Positions 54,810 through 64,000 of a DNA stretch of 64,000 nt are shown piece by piece. Every line of letters starts with the position of its first letter. Within the stretch, counting starts at the first letter, position 1. A program made the position numbers and the translations under genes. This stretch comes from Hoeflea sp. (GTDB lineage Bacteria; Pseudomonadota; Alphaproteobacteria; Rhizobiales; Rhizobiaceae): contig NZ_NVXQ01000010.1 in the NCBI RefSeq assembly GCF_002733955.1, positions 4,163 to 68,162 of the forward strand, read 5' to 3'. The notes beneath the pieces were generated by a model. The model did not search any database. It was given only the letters and a program-made list of their open reading frames with translations, and was not told the origin of the DNA.

Positions 54810-55616
54810 TCAGCGCCCGACGAAGGACGGCGCGCGCTTTTCGTGGAAGGCGAGCACGCCTTCGCGGAAATCCTCCGATGTCCGAAGCCGGCTATAGCAA
54901 TGGCCCTCGAGCTCAATGGCCGTCGACAGCAGTGCGTCGTCGGTGTCGTTCAGCAGCTTCTTTGCCGTGCGCTGAGCCAGCGGAGAGAAGCCGATCAGTT
55001 CCTCGACAAGCGCGTCGACCGCCTTTTCCAGATCAGCATCCGCAACGATCTCCGAGGCGATGCCCCAGTCGTAGGCCTCCTGACCGGTGACCCGCTTCGA
55101 GCGCATCACGATGTTCTTGGTGCGGGTGACGCCGACCATCTTCTGCAGGCGGGCCGAGCCTCCGGAGCCTGGGATTTGGCCGAGCTTCTGCTCGGGCAGT
55201 GCGTAGCGCGTGGTGTCGGTCGCGATGCGGAAGTCGCAGGCGAGCGACAGTTCGAAGCCGACGCCGAAGCAAAAGCCGCGGTTGGCGGCGATGACCGGCT
55301 TGGAGCAGCGGGCCGGTGCCGCGATGTTCCAGGCGAGGTGCGAGACATGCTCGGGACTCGCCTCGAGGAAGCCCTTGATGTTGCCGCCGGACGAGAAGTG
55401 CTCGCCCTTGCCCGCAACGACGATGATGCGCACCCGCTCGTCCTCGTCGAGCGCCTCGAAGACGAGGCGCAACTGGTCGCGCGCCAGCATCGAGACCACG
55501 TTGTAGGGCGGATAGTCGAGCATGATGTCGGCGCGCTGGCGGGCTGCATCGATGGTGACGGTGAAGCCGTCGAGGTCGGCCAGGCGCGGGTCCTGGAAGG
55601 TGGCGTGTTCGGCCAT
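54810..55616 (-). CDS. Enoyl-CoA hydratase/isomerase (crotonase) family protein
   Basis: VVAGKGEHFSSGGNIKGF ... AANRGFCFGVGFELSLACDFRIA is the crotonase oxyanion-hole region. Confidence 0.85.
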   Translation of the reverse strand: MAEHATFQDPRLADLDGFTVTIDAARQRADIMLDYPPYNVVSMLARDQLRLVFEALDEDERVRIIVVAGKGEHFSSGGNIKGFLEASPEHVSHLAWNIAAPARCSKPVIAANRGFCFGVGFELSLACDFRIATDTTRYALPEQKLGQIPGSGGSARLQKMVGVTRTKNIVMRSKRVTGQEAYDWGIASEIVADADLEKAVDALVEELIGFSPLAQRTAKKLLNDTDDALLSTAIELEGHCYSRLRTSEDFREGVLAFHEKRAPSFVGR

Positions 55617-55653
55617 GAAATGTCCTTTCGTTGGTCACGCGGCGGAGTGCCGC

Positions 55654-57171
55654 TCAGTGATTTTCGGGAATGCGTTCTTCGGTGTACTCGCCAGCCACCA
55701 GAAGGCGGCGCAGCAGCTTGCCGACGGGCGATTTCGGGATCTCCTCGACGAAGACGATGCGGCGCGGGCGGCGGAAATTGGCGAGACCGGAATCGCGGCA
55801 ATGGCGATCGAGATCTTCGGCCGTGACATCGCCACGCCGTTTGATGAAGGCGACAACGATCTTGCCCCAGCGCTCGTCGGGGAGGCCGACGACCGCGACC
55901 TCGGCGACGCCGTCGTGCAGCGACAGGCAGCTTTCCACCTCGACCGGCGAAACATTCTCGCCACCGGTGATGATCATGTCGTCGGCGCGGCCGGTAACGA
56001 AAAGATCGCCGTCCGCATCGAAGAAGCCGGTGTCGCCGGTGAAGTACCAACCGCCGTGGAGCGCCTTGGCATCCGCGTCGGGCCGGTTCCAGTAGCCCTC
56101 GAAGGCCTCGTCGCTCTTCATCAGCGCGATGATTTCGCCTTCCTCGCCGACGGCTGCCCGTTCGTCGGGGTTGCGGCTGCCCAGCTTCACGACCCGGATC
56201 GTCTGGTTGATGCCGGCGCGGCCGGCGGAGCCGGGTTTCGCCGCCGCTTTCTGCTCGATCGTGAAGGTGTAGATTTCCGACGAGCCATAGTGGTTGACGA
56301 AGAGCTCGGGCCGGAAGGTCTGCTCCAGCCGCTTCAGCAATCCGTCTGTCATCGAGGCGCCGGCATAGCCGAGCTTTCTGACCGAGGCGACGCGCTCGGG
56401 CGAAAAGGTCTCGTGATGCACGAGGTCGTGGTAAAGCGTCGGCACAAGATAAAGATTGGTGATCTTTTCCTGTTCGATCAGGTCGAGCGCCTTTGCCGCG
56501 TCGAAGCGCGGCAGGCAGACGAAGGCGCCGCCGATCAGTGAGGATGCGATCAGGGAGCGCACGCCCATCGTGTGATAGAGCGGCATGACGCCGAGTGTAC
56601 GCTCGCCATGCCGGTAGAGGTTCTGGGCGACATGGGCGACGGCGCCGGCGCGTTCGGCCAGGTGGCGGCGCGGCACACCCTTCGGCTTTGACGTCGTGCC
56701 GGAAGTATAGAGCATCAGCGACCAGTCCGCAGCCTCCGCGACAGGCACCGCATCAGGGGCTCTGCCGTCCATGATGGAGGCCAGCGCTTCTGCCGAGAAC
56801 TGCGGCAAGTGCAGTGCGAGGCGCGACAGGTGCACGGCCTCTTCCGTCGACGCGTCGTAGAACACGGCCTTCGCGCCGGCATCCTCGATGCCGAAGTCGA
56901 TTTCGTCGGCCTTTGCCCGCCAGTTGAGCGGCGTGATGACCAGGCCCAGAAACTGGCACGCCCAGTGCAGCGTGGCGTTCTCCCAGCGGTTCTGCATGGC
57001 GGTGAGCACATGGTCTCCGCGCTTCAGGCCGGTCTCGCTGAGGGCTGCGGCAAGCGCCGAAACCTTGTCGTACCATTGGCGATAGCTCAGGCGCATCTCT
57101 CCGTCGACGATCGCGAGCGCGCCAGGGTCGCGCTCGACGCTCGCGAGGAAGCTCGTTCCAAGATCAAGCAT
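55654..57171 (-). CDS. AMP-dependent acyl/aryl-CoA synthetase
   Basis: The internal ATG at 57171 gives MLDLGTSFL. AMP-binding motif LMLYTSGTTSKPKGV, plus YGSSE and GWYFTGD. Overlaps the 2Fe-2S gene by 8 nt. Confidence 0.85.
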   Translation of the reverse strand: MLDLGTSFLASVERDPGALAIVDGEMRLSYRQWYDKVSALAAALSETGLKRGDHVLTAMQNRWENATLHWACQFLGLVITPLNWRAKADEIDFGIEDAGAKAVFYDASTEEAVHLSRLALHLPQFSAEALASIMDGRAPDAVPVAEAADWSLMLYTSGTTSKPKGVPRRHLAERAGAVAHVAQNLYRHGERTLGVMPLYHTMGVRSLIASSLIGGAFVCLPRFDAAKALDLIEQEKITNLYLVPTLYHDLVHHETFSPERVASVRKLGYAGASMTDGLLKRLEQTFRPELFVNHYGSSEIYTFTIEQKAAAKPGSAGRAGINQTIRVVKLGSRNPDERAAVGEEGEIIALMKSDEAFEGYWNRPDADAKALHGGWYFTGDTGFFDADGDLFVTGRADDMIITGGENVSPVEVESCLSLHDGVAEVAVVGLPDERWGKIVVAFIKRRGDVTAEDLDRHCRDSGLANFRRPRRIVFVEEIPKSPVGKLLRRLLVAGEYTEERIPENH

Positions 57172-57667
57172 TGGGTGTCTCCTCCTTCCATTGTTCCTCC
57201 GCGGCGGCGAGTGCCGCCTCGACAATTGTCGCGTAGCCCGTGCACCGGCAGAGATGGCCGGAGAGGTGCTCGCGAATGTCTTCCCGGCCCGCCTCCGGCC
57301 GCTCGCGCAAGAGGGCGTCGAGCGACATCAGGATGCCGGGCGTGCAGAAGCCGCATTGCAGGCCGTGATGGCGGCGAAAGGCCGCCTGAAGCGGCGAGAG
57401 CTCTGCCGGGCCGGGAGCCAGCGCTTCCACGGTTCGCACGTCGCTGCCGCGCACCTGCTGGGCGAGCGTCAGGCAGGCGCGCGCCGGCTTTCCGTCGATC
57501 TGCACGGTGCAGGCCCCGCAGACCCCGTGCTCGCAGCCGACATGGGTGCCGGTCAGCCCGATCTCGTGGCGCAGCAGATCCGACAGCAGCATCCGGTTTT
57601 CGGCCTCTGCACGGACCTTCCGGCCGTTCAGCGTGAATTCGACCCCATGCCTTTGGGCAGCGTTCAT
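57164..57667 (-). CDS. (2Fe-2S)-binding small subunit of a molybdenum hydroxylase (CoxS/XdhC-type)
   Basis: GCEHGVCGACTV and CGFCTPG cluster motifs. ATGA overlap with the FAD subunit. Confidence 0.9.
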   Translation of the reverse strand: MNAAQRHGVEFTLNGRKVRAEAENRMLLSDLLRHEIGLTGTHVGCEHGVCGACTVQIDGKPARACLTLAQQVRGSDVRTVEALAPGPAELSPLQAAFRRHHGLQCGFCTPGILMSLDALLRERPEAGREDIREHLSGHLCRCTGYATIVEAALAAAEEQWKEETPNA

Positions 57668-58491
57668 GCGCGGCATCGGCTTGCCTCCCTGAGGGTCTCG
57701 CGGCCAAGATTGCGGACCAGTTCGCGCCGGTAGCGGGCGCTGGCGTGGATGTCTTCCCGGGCGTTCAGCGACCAGGCGATGTCGTTCAGCGCATCGTCGA
57801 ACTGGTCGTCGTCGAGCGCCGGCAGCGCGAAGACACGCGGCCGGTCATCGACGCCGGCAATGCCGAGCCGCAATCCCTTGTCGTCGGCGACGGCAGCGCA
57901 GGCGACGATGGCGAAATCGCCATGCCGGCGGCCGACCTCGCGGAAGGCATAGCCGCTGCCGGGCCGGGCCTTCGGGAAATGCACGGCCTCGATCATCTCG
58001 CCCTCGGCGAGATCGGTCGCCATCATGCCGATGAAGAAGTCGTCCGCCGTGACCTTGCGCTTCTGCTTGCGGCTGCGCAGGCTGACGGCGCCGCCGAGCG
58101 TTACCAAGGACAGAGGCAGCTCGGCGCTTGGGTCGGCATGGGCGACCGAGCCGCAGACCGTGCCCCGCGCCCGCGTTTGCACATGACCGAGCCAGGGGAA
58201 GGCGGCGGCCAGAAGCGGCAGGTCGCGCGAAAGATTTGCCCAAGCCTCCAGTTCCGCCTGCCGCACGCCGGCGCCAATAGTGATCTCGTCACCCGACGTT
58301 TCGATCCGGCGCAGAGCCTCGAGCCGCATGATGTCGACGAGCAGGGCGGGACGGGCGAGCCGCATGTTGAGCATCGGCACCAGCGACTGCCCGCCAGCGA
58401 TGATGCGCCCGTCTCCGCCGGCCTCGGCGAGCGCAGAAAGCGCTTCGTCCAGCGTGTCAGGACAGAGGAAATCGAAGGATGCAGGCTTCAT
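57664..58491 (-). CDS. FAD-binding medium subunit of a molybdenum hydroxylase (CoxM-type)
   Basis: IIAGGQSLVPMLNMRL and GTVCGSVAHADPSAELP are FAD_binding_5 signatures. ATGA overlap with the large subunit. Confidence 0.85.
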   Translation of the reverse strand: MKPASFDFLCPDTLDEALSALAEAGGDGRIIAGGQSLVPMLNMRLARPALLVDIMRLEALRRIETSGDEITIGAGVRQAELEAWANLSRDLPLLAAAFPWLGHVQTRARGTVCGSVAHADPSAELPLSLVTLGGAVSLRSRKQKRKVTADDFFIGMMATDLAEGEMIEAVHFPKARPGSGYAFREVGRRHGDFAIVACAAVADDKGLRLGIAGVDDRPRVFALPALDDDQFDDALNDIAWSLNAREDIHASARYRRELVRNLGRETLREASRCRA

Positions 58492-61463
58492 CCACGCCTC
58501 CTGAAAAGGCTCAGAAGCCGTTGAGTGAAGCCGGCGGCGGCGCTGGGAGGCCCTCCGCCGCCGGCATGACGGGCGAGCGCCTGGAAGAATTGTCCGATCA
58601 CCACGCGCGCCGCGCCGTCGAGAAGTCGGCCGCCAACCGAGGCGACCTTTCCGCCAATCGCCGCCTCATAGCGATAGTCGATGCGGGTGCCGGTCGCCGT
58701 TTCGGTCAGCGTCACGCGGCCCGTGCCGCGGCCGGACCCGAGCGCGCCCTCCGTGCCGCCCGAAAGCGTGACGGCTTCCGGCGCGACCATGTCGGACAGG
58801 CGGATGTCGGCGCGGTATCGGCCCTTGACCGGACCGATGCCGAGCGTGACCTCGGCGCGGAAATGCGTGTCGGAGACCTTTCGGACCTCGTGCGCGCCGG
58901 GAATGATGGCCTTCAGCGTGTTCGGGTCGAGCAGCATCGTCCAGACGGACTCGCGGGTGGCGACGACATCGGCCGAGCCCGCACCCGTCAGCAACCGTTC
59001 GCCGGAGGCGCCGGTGGCGACCGGGGCAACGTCCCGCGGCTTCGACGAAGGTCGCTCCTCGGCATAGAGCCATGCGCTGACCCGGCTCGGCGACAGCGGC
59101 AGCCGGATGTCCTCGACGCCCAGCGCATCAGCGACCGCGTTGGCGATTGAGACCGGCGTCGACATGCAATTGCCCTCGCCGACGCCCTTGGCGCCAAGCG
59201 GCGTGAAGGGCGATGGCGTCTCGTGATGGAGGATCAGCGGCTCCGGCGTCTCCATCACGGTTGGGATCAGGTAGTCGGCGAGCGTGCCGGTCAGGAAACT
59301 CCCATCGTTGCCATAGGCATATTCCTCATAGAGTGCGGCGCCGACGGCCTGGGCGAAGCCACCGCGCACCTGGCCGTCGACCATGCCGGGGTGCAGGATG
59401 CGGCCGCAGTCGTGCATCGTCACGTAGCGGTCGATCCTGACCTGGCCGGTCGCCCGGTCGATCTCCACGCCGCAGATGTCGAAGATGAAGCCATGGCAGA
59501 GCGACGAGTTGATGCCGTCCGCCGCCGTCGGCGCCTCGAGCTGCTCCGGTGTCCAGAAGACAGTCTCGCGGATCGTCTGGCCGGTTCCATCCGGCAGGGT
59601 GCCGGGCGCCCAGTGGCTGGCCGCCGCCACGCGCCCGAAGGAAATGGCATTGTCCGGGTTGTCGCGATCGAAGAGCTTTCCGGCCCCGAAGTCTATCCGA
59701 TCCGCCGTGACGTTGAGTTGCGCGGCGGCGATCGCTGCAAGACGCTCCCTGATACGGTCGGCGGCAAGGGAAGCGGCGCCGGCGACGGCAGCGGCAAACC
59801 GGCTTGCATAATTGCCGGACGCGATCGACCAGGCGTCGCGCGCGGTGTCGAGTTCGGTGTTGACGCACACGGCCTCCAGGGGGAGCCCGAGCCGCTCGGC
59901 GACCACCTGCGCCAGGACGGTGCGGTGGCCCTGCCCTTGCGGCACCGAGGCGACCTTGACAGTGACGGAGCCGAGAGGATCGATGGCCACCGTTGCAACG
60001 GACTGGGCGCCGTTCTTCGGACCTGCCTTCGCCCGTTCCTCCGGCGCCAGGACTGTCGTGATGTAGCCCATGTTGGAGACGCTCGGCTCGACCACGGTCG
60101 CATAGCCGATGCCGTAGAGGCGCCCTTCGGCACGCGCACTGTCCCTTCGCAGCTTCAGAGCCTCAAGGCCGCCTTCCGCACAGGCGCGATCGATTGCGGT
60201 CTGATAGTCGCCCGAATCCAGGAGCCCGCCGGTCGCCGTGCGATAGGGAAAGGCGCCGGCCGGCACGAGGTTGCGGCGGATTACCGCAAGCCTGTCGAGG
60301 CCAAGCTCATCGGCGATCTTGTGGACGAGCCGCTCGAGCGCGAAGTAGACCTGCGGTCCGCCGAAGCCGCGGTTGAGCCCGGTCGGCGTCTTGTTGGTGA
60401 GCACGACGCGGTTGCGGATGGCGACGTTTTCGATCGCATAGGCGCCCGTCATGTTGCCGTGCATGCGGTAGAGCGTCGCCGGCTCCGGCGCGCGCAGATG
60501 AGCGCCGCAATCCTCCAGTTGATCCCAGCTAAGCGCGGTGATGCGGCCGTCGGCGGCAACGGCCGCCTCCAGCGTCGTGACCCGGTTGGTGGCCGAAACG
60601 GAGGCCGTCAGGTGTTCGAGCCGGTCCTCGATCCATTTCACCGGTCGTCCTGCAACGCGGGCGGCGACGGCGGCGAGGATCACATAGGGAAAGACGCCCT
60701 GCTTGATGCCGAAGGAGCCGCCGGAATCGGGCGGCGTGCGCAGCCGCATGCGGTTGCCGGGCACGTTCAGCGCGCGGGAAATCACGGCATGGATCGAGAA
60801 CGGTCCCTGGAAATTCGCGGTGACGTCATAGGCGTCCTCACCGGGATCGTATTCGGCGATGACCCCGTAGGTTTCGATCGGCGTGCAGGAATTGCGCGGA
60901 TAGGCGATGCGGATGGAAATGCGGTGGTCCGCAGTCGCGAGCGCTGCTTCGGGGTCGCCGTAGCGAAAGCTGCGCTCGTTGATGAGGTTGGTGCCGAGCG
61001 AGGGATGCAAGACCGGTGCGTCTGCGGCGAGCGCCTTCTCGGGATCGACAATGGCGATAAGCCGCTCGTACTCGACCTCGATCAGGTCGAGCGCATCCTC
61101 GGCGACATAGCGGTTCTCGGCGACGACGAGGGCGACGGGTTCGCCGACATAGCGCACCCGGTCCCGGGCGATCGGCCAGCATTCGACATTGGCCTTGACC
61201 CCGACCGTCATGCTGCGGGTGAGCCTTGCCACATCCTCGCCTGTCAGCACGGCGAAGATGCCGGGCAACGCACGAGCGGCAGTCGTATCGATCGCACGGA
61301 TTTCTGCATGGCCATGCGGCGAGCGCAGGATCGCCAGATGCGCGGTGTCGCGACGGACGGGCAAGTCGTCGATGTAACGGCCGCGGCCGGTCAGAAGTCC
61401 GGCATCTTCGACCCGCTCGACGGTCCGGCCAACCAGGCCTCCCGCCGTTTCCAATCTCGTCAT
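58488..61463 (-). CDS. Molybdopterin-binding large subunit of a xanthine-dehydrogenase-family acyl-CoA dehydrogenase, with a C-terminal CoxG/SRPBCC domain
   Basis: The internal ATG at 61463 follows the RBS gggagg. VERVEDAGLLTGRGRYIDD, GGSFG and GLNRGFGGPQ blocks are present. The C-terminal ~170 aa (VWTMLLDPNTLKAIIPG...GPVKGRY...GGKVASVGGRLLDGAARVVIGQFF) is CoxG-like. Confidence 0.85.
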   Translation of the reverse strand: MTRLETAGGLVGRTVERVEDAGLLTGRGRYIDDLPVRRDTAHLAILRSPHGHAEIRAIDTTAARALPGIFAVLTGEDVARLTRSMTVGVKANVECWPIARDRVRYVGEPVALVVAENRYVAEDALDLIEVEYERLIAIVDPEKALAADAPVLHPSLGTNLINERSFRYGDPEAALATADHRISIRIAYPRNSCTPIETYGVIAEYDPGEDAYDVTANFQGPFSIHAVISRALNVPGNRMRLRTPPDSGGSFGIKQGVFPYVILAAVAARVAGRPVKWIEDRLEHLTASVSATNRVTTLEAAVAADGRITALSWDQLEDCGAHLRAPEPATLYRMHGNMTGAYAIENVAIRNRVVLTNKTPTGLNRGFGGPQVYFALERLVHKIADELGLDRLAVIRRNLVPAGAFPYRTATGGLLDSGDYQTAIDRACAEGGLEALKLRRDSARAEGRLYGIGYATVVEPSVSNMGYITTVLAPEERAKAGPKNGAQSVATVAIDPLGSVTVKVASVPQGQGHRTVLAQVVAERLGLPLEAVCVNTELDTARDAWSIASGNYASRFAAAVAGAASLAADRIRERLAAIAAAQLNVTADRIDFGAGKLFDRDNPDNAISFGRVAAASHWAPGTLPDGTGQTIRETVFWTPEQLEAPTAADGINSSLCHGFIFDICGVEIDRATGQVRIDRYVTMHDCGRILHPGMVDGQVRGGFAQAVGAALYEEYAYGNDGSFLTGTLADYLIPTVMETPEPLILHHETPSPFTPLGAKGVGEGNCMSTPVSIANAVADALGVEDIRLPLSPSRVSAWLYAEERPSSKPRDVAPVATGASGERLLTGAGSADVVATRESVWTMLLDPNTLKAIIPGAHEVRKVSDTHFRAEVTLGIGPVKGRYRADIRLSDMVAPEAVTLSGGTEGALGSGRGTGRVTLTETATGTRIDYRYEAAIGGKVASVGGRLLDGAARVVIGQFFQALARHAGGGGPPSAAAGFTQRLLSLFRRRG

Positions 61464-61554
61464 ACGCTCCTCCCGCACCCATTGGTGAAGGGGTGCCGTA
61501 GCGGGAAGAGTGAAGAAGGGGGCGCGATCAGGCGATACCGCCGTGTACCAGACC

Positions 61555-62439
61555 TTACCGAGGAGTCCCAAAATCCTCAGTCGAAAGGCGGCTTACACTG
61601 CGGAAGATGCTGGGCGAGGAGCCGGCATGATCGTGAAAGAAGCGCGAGAAATGCGCCGGCACGGAAAAACCGAGTTGATCGCCGATCGCCGCGAACCTCT
61701 GCGTTCCGTCGGCGACGGCCGCAACCGCCTGTTCCAGCCGCTGCACGTTGAGGAAGACCCGCGGCGTCACCCCAATCGAGGCTTCAAACAGACGGAAGAA
61801 ATGCGCCCGCGACAGGCCCACGTCGGTTGCGAGAAGATCGAGATCGGCGATCTCGCCCGGTGCCGCCTTCATGCGCTCAACAGCCTTGCGGATGCGGAAA
61901 TCAACCCGGTGGCGCGCGGCTAAGTCACGGATCGAATGCGGCACCGCCCGCCAGTCGGCAAAGCGTTCGATGACGGCGACCATGAGTTCGCCGAGAAGCA
62001 CCTCGTGCATGTCGGTACTGTTCGGCTCCTGCACCATGGCCTCCGCAAGCATGCGCGTGCGCGAGCGGATGTCGTGGGTGATCGAGCCGACATTGGAGGC
62101 GAAGAAGTCGGGCGCGTGGCTTGCCGCCCAGTTCGGCCGGAAATGGCCGAGCCACTGCGGTTCAATATAGAGCGCAAGGATAACTGTCTTTGGCCGCGTC
62201 GGGTCGTGCGCATAGGCATGCGGTTCCCAGGCGTTGATGAGGACTGCGCTTCCGTCGGTGAGAGGCACGAGCTGGTCGCGCACCGAAAACTGCGTGTCGG
62301 CGCCCTCGACCTTCAACAGGACATGGCAATGCGGGTGCGCGTGCCGCACCAGGGGTCGATCCATATCCAGCAGCGCCACCCTCCCGAAGCGGCCGCGTGC
62401 GATGCGCAGAGCATTCGACATTGCACACATATTAATCAA
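61555..62439 (-). CDS. AraC-family transcriptional regulator (cupin + HTH)
   Basis: C-terminal LLATDVGLSRAHFFRLFEASIGVTPRVF...IGDQLGFSVPAHFSRFF is the double AraC HTH. It lies directly upstream of the dehydrogenase operon. Confidence 0.8.
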   Translation of the reverse strand: MINMCAMSNALRIARGRFGRVALLDMDRPLVRHAHPHCHVLLKVEGADTQFSVRDQLVPLTDGSAVLINAWEPHAYAHDPTRPKTVILALYIEPQWLGHFRPNWAASHAPDFFASNVGSITHDIRSRTRMLAEAMVQEPNSTDMHEVLLGELMVAVIERFADWRAVPHSIRDLAARHRVDFRIRKAVERMKAAPGEIADLDLLATDVGLSRAHFFRLFEASIGVTPRVFLNVQRLEQAVAAVADGTQRFAAIGDQLGFSVPAHFSRFFHDHAGSSPSIFRSVSRLSTEDFGTPR

Positions 62440-62667
62440 TTTTCAGAAATTACAAGTCCGGGATGGATCGACCGGCAAGGCCCGTGCCTGCAGCAGCCGT
62501 CCTGGCCGACGCTCCAGGACGGGCGTGATACTTTCACGACTATTCCGTCCGCCCGTCGGACTTTGATCATTTTGCTTTGACGATCCGGCAGCACTGTGGG
62601 ACCATTTCCGGAACAGACAGGCCTCTGCGAAAGCTTTCGGTCCTTGTCTGCGGTAGGAGGCATCCAT

Positions 62668-63654
62668 GTGCGGATCGTGATCTTCGTGCCTGCCGACGTG
62701 CATTCCCTGGAACTTACCGGACTCACAGATGTGTTCGCCGAAGCGAACGCGCGGGCAGGCAAAACGTTCTACGAGGTTGCCATAGTTGCAGAAGACGATC
62801 GCACGATCCGCTGCGCATCGGGACTGAGGGTCCTGCCCGACTGCGCCTTCGATGCTTATCCAGGGGATCCCGACACCGTACTCGTGGCGGGAAGTGTCGG
62901 GGTGCCGCTCCGTCCCCGCGGGGAGATGCTTGACTGGCTGGTGGATATTGCCGCGCGGGCCCGGCGCTATGGCTCCGTGTGCACAGGCGCCTTCGTGCTC
63001 GGTGAGGCGGGACTGCTCAAGGGCCGGCGCGTGACCACGCACTGGCAGTATGCGACGCTGCTTGCAGAGCGCTTTCCCGAAGGACGGGTGGAAGGCGACC
63101 GGGTCTTTATCCGTGACGGCGCGATGATCAGCTCTGCCGGATCCAGTGCTGCGATCGACCTCGGTCTTTCTCTCGTCGAGGAGGACCTCGGGCGGGAGGT
63201 GGCGCTCTACGTCGCTCGAAGGCTCGTTGTCTTTCTGAAGCGTCCCGGCGACCAGTCACAGTTCAGCGTACATCTGGCTGTCCAGGCTATCGACCGAAGC
63301 CGTCTCCATGCCGTCCAGCAATTCGTGCTCAACCATCCCACGGCCGACCTCTCGGTCACTGCCCTGGCGAAGATCGCGGCGATGAGCCCGCGCAACTTCA
63401 CGCGTGTCTTTTCCCAGGAGATCGGCATCTCGCCATCCGAATATGTCGACCTCACACGGATCGACGTTGCCCGCTTCCTTCTGGAAGGCAGCAGGTTGCC
63501 GATCGCATCGATCGCAGAAAGAAGTGGTTTCGGCTCGGCGCGCGCCATGCGCCGCGCCTTCGTCGCGCATGTGGGCGTGACGCCGTCCGATTATCGCGAT
63601 CGCTTCCGGACCTCCGGCGACGGAGCAAGGTGCAGTTTGTCCGAAAACGGCTGA
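62668..63654 (+). CDS. GlxA-family regulator (DJ-1/PfpI domain + AraC HTH)
   Basis: GTG at 62668 follows the RBS taggagg. VRIVIFVPADVHSLELTGLTDVF...SVCTGAFVLGEAGLLKGRRVTTHW is DJ-1-like. The C-terminal AraC HTH is LAKIAAMSPRNFTRVF...ERSGFGSARAMRRAF. Confidence 0.8.
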   Translation: MRIVIFVPADVHSLELTGLTDVFAEANARAGKTFYEVAIVAEDDRTIRCASGLRVLPDCAFDAYPGDPDTVLVAGSVGVPLRPRGEMLDWLVDIAARARRYGSVCTGAFVLGEAGLLKGRRVTTHWQYATLLAERFPEGRVEGDRVFIRDGAMISSAGSSAAIDLGLSLVEEDLGREVALYVARRLVVFLKRPGDQSQFSVHLAVQAIDRSRLHAVQQFVLNHPTADLSVTALAKIAAMSPRNFTRVFSQEIGISPSEYVDLTRIDVARFLLEGSRLPIASIAERSGFGSARAMRRAFVAHVGVTPSDYRDRFRTSGDGARCSLSENG

Positions 63655-64000
63655 CGGTTGTCCTGGAACCGCCCCGGCTGCGGGTTGCCGGGTTTCGGGT
63701 CGCCGTCCATGCTCCCTGACATGGAAGAAAGCAGCCTGCCGTTCCATCCAACCCAGGACGCCGAAGCCGCTGTCTCCGACCCACGGACAGATGAGCCTGT
63801 TTTGCCAAAAGAGATCGTGAGCGTCTCAACGCCGACACACCAGGGACCAAGTCAGATGACATTTCAAAAGAGCGTGTCTTCTCGTAGGAACTACCTGACG
63901 AAATTGGCCTTTGAGCAGGATTCCCGCAAATGGGTGCGGCGCAGCTGCAATGTCCTCGTCCATGTGCTGTTCACGCTCAAGGGAGTGCGGCAGGTGAGCC

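Noticed and set aside
54056-56050. Multiple 180-375-aa ORFs in alternative frames or strands over benE, the crotonase gene and the CoA ligase gene
   Set aside because: They are Arg/Pro/Gly-rich alternative-frame products of GC-rich genes. The called genes carry family motifs.
59223-61751. 842-aa plus-strand ORF opposite the molybdenum hydroxylase large subunit
   Set aside because: It is a long antisense open frame typical of GC-rich coding DNA, with Arg/Gly/Asp-rich low-information sequence. The minus-strand product is clearly the real gene.
63856-64000. Partial plus-strand ORF (MTFQKSVSSRRNYLTKLAFEQ...) running off the right edge
   Set aside because: Only 48 codons are visible and no family is recognisable, so there is not enough evidence to call a gene.

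Overview
This is a high-GC, gene-dense accessory or plasmid-type segment. The protein families, IS types and GANTC-rich repeats suggest an alphaproteobacterial (Rhizobiales-like) origin, but that is inference only. I recognised no rRNA, tRNA or CRISPR. From left to right there are five blocks. (1) 0-31 kb is a metal and envelope island. It holds two heavy-metal P-type ATPases, one with an ArsR/CadC-type regulator and one with a MerR/CadR-type regulator, the latter next to ICMT-lspA-dsbB-dsbA. It also holds an SCO-PCuAC-SCO copper chaperone operon, a PhnCDE-type ABC transporter with a di-haem peroxidase-like protein divergent from an MntR/DtxR regulator, three L,D-transpeptidases, DedA, and a ZIP + CDF + STAS-like operon. 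A complete caa3-like oxidase cluster is present: a CtaG-like protein, CoxII fused to cytochrome c, fused CoxI/III and a tri-haem cytochrome c. A SleB-type hydrolase and two BTLCP (LapG-like) proteases are also here. (2) 31.9-39.8 kb is an IS graveyard. It contains a degenerate IS3 element, palindromic IS6 debris, ISKra4 and ISL3 fragments, a Tn3-family end with its 38-bp IR, and a near-complete ISKra4-like element whose transposase has an in-frame stop. A stand-alone 512-aa Fic protein sits in the middle. (3) 39.8-43.4 kb is a TRAP transporter with a truncated dctP, plus a PLP enzyme. (4) 43.7-53.3 kb is a backbone-like module. It has DUF1403-ScpB, then a PD-(D/E)XK-like protein, a small protein and a soluble FtsH-like AAA+/M41 protease gene whose frame is broken twice. 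After these come two arrays of exactly 21-bp-phased GCGATTC (GANTC) repeats, small basic ORFs and a short tyrosine recombinase. (5) 53.5-63.7 kb is an hmfABCDE-like acyl-CoA dehydrogenase cluster: a Mo-hydroxylase large subunit with a CoxG domain, FAD and 2Fe-2S subunits, a CoA ligase, an enoyl-CoA hydratase and BenE, with AraC and GlxA regulators. The most unusual content is the nuclease-like/AAA+-protease module and the adjacent phased repeat arrays. All functional calls come from motif and family recognition by eye; no searches were run.
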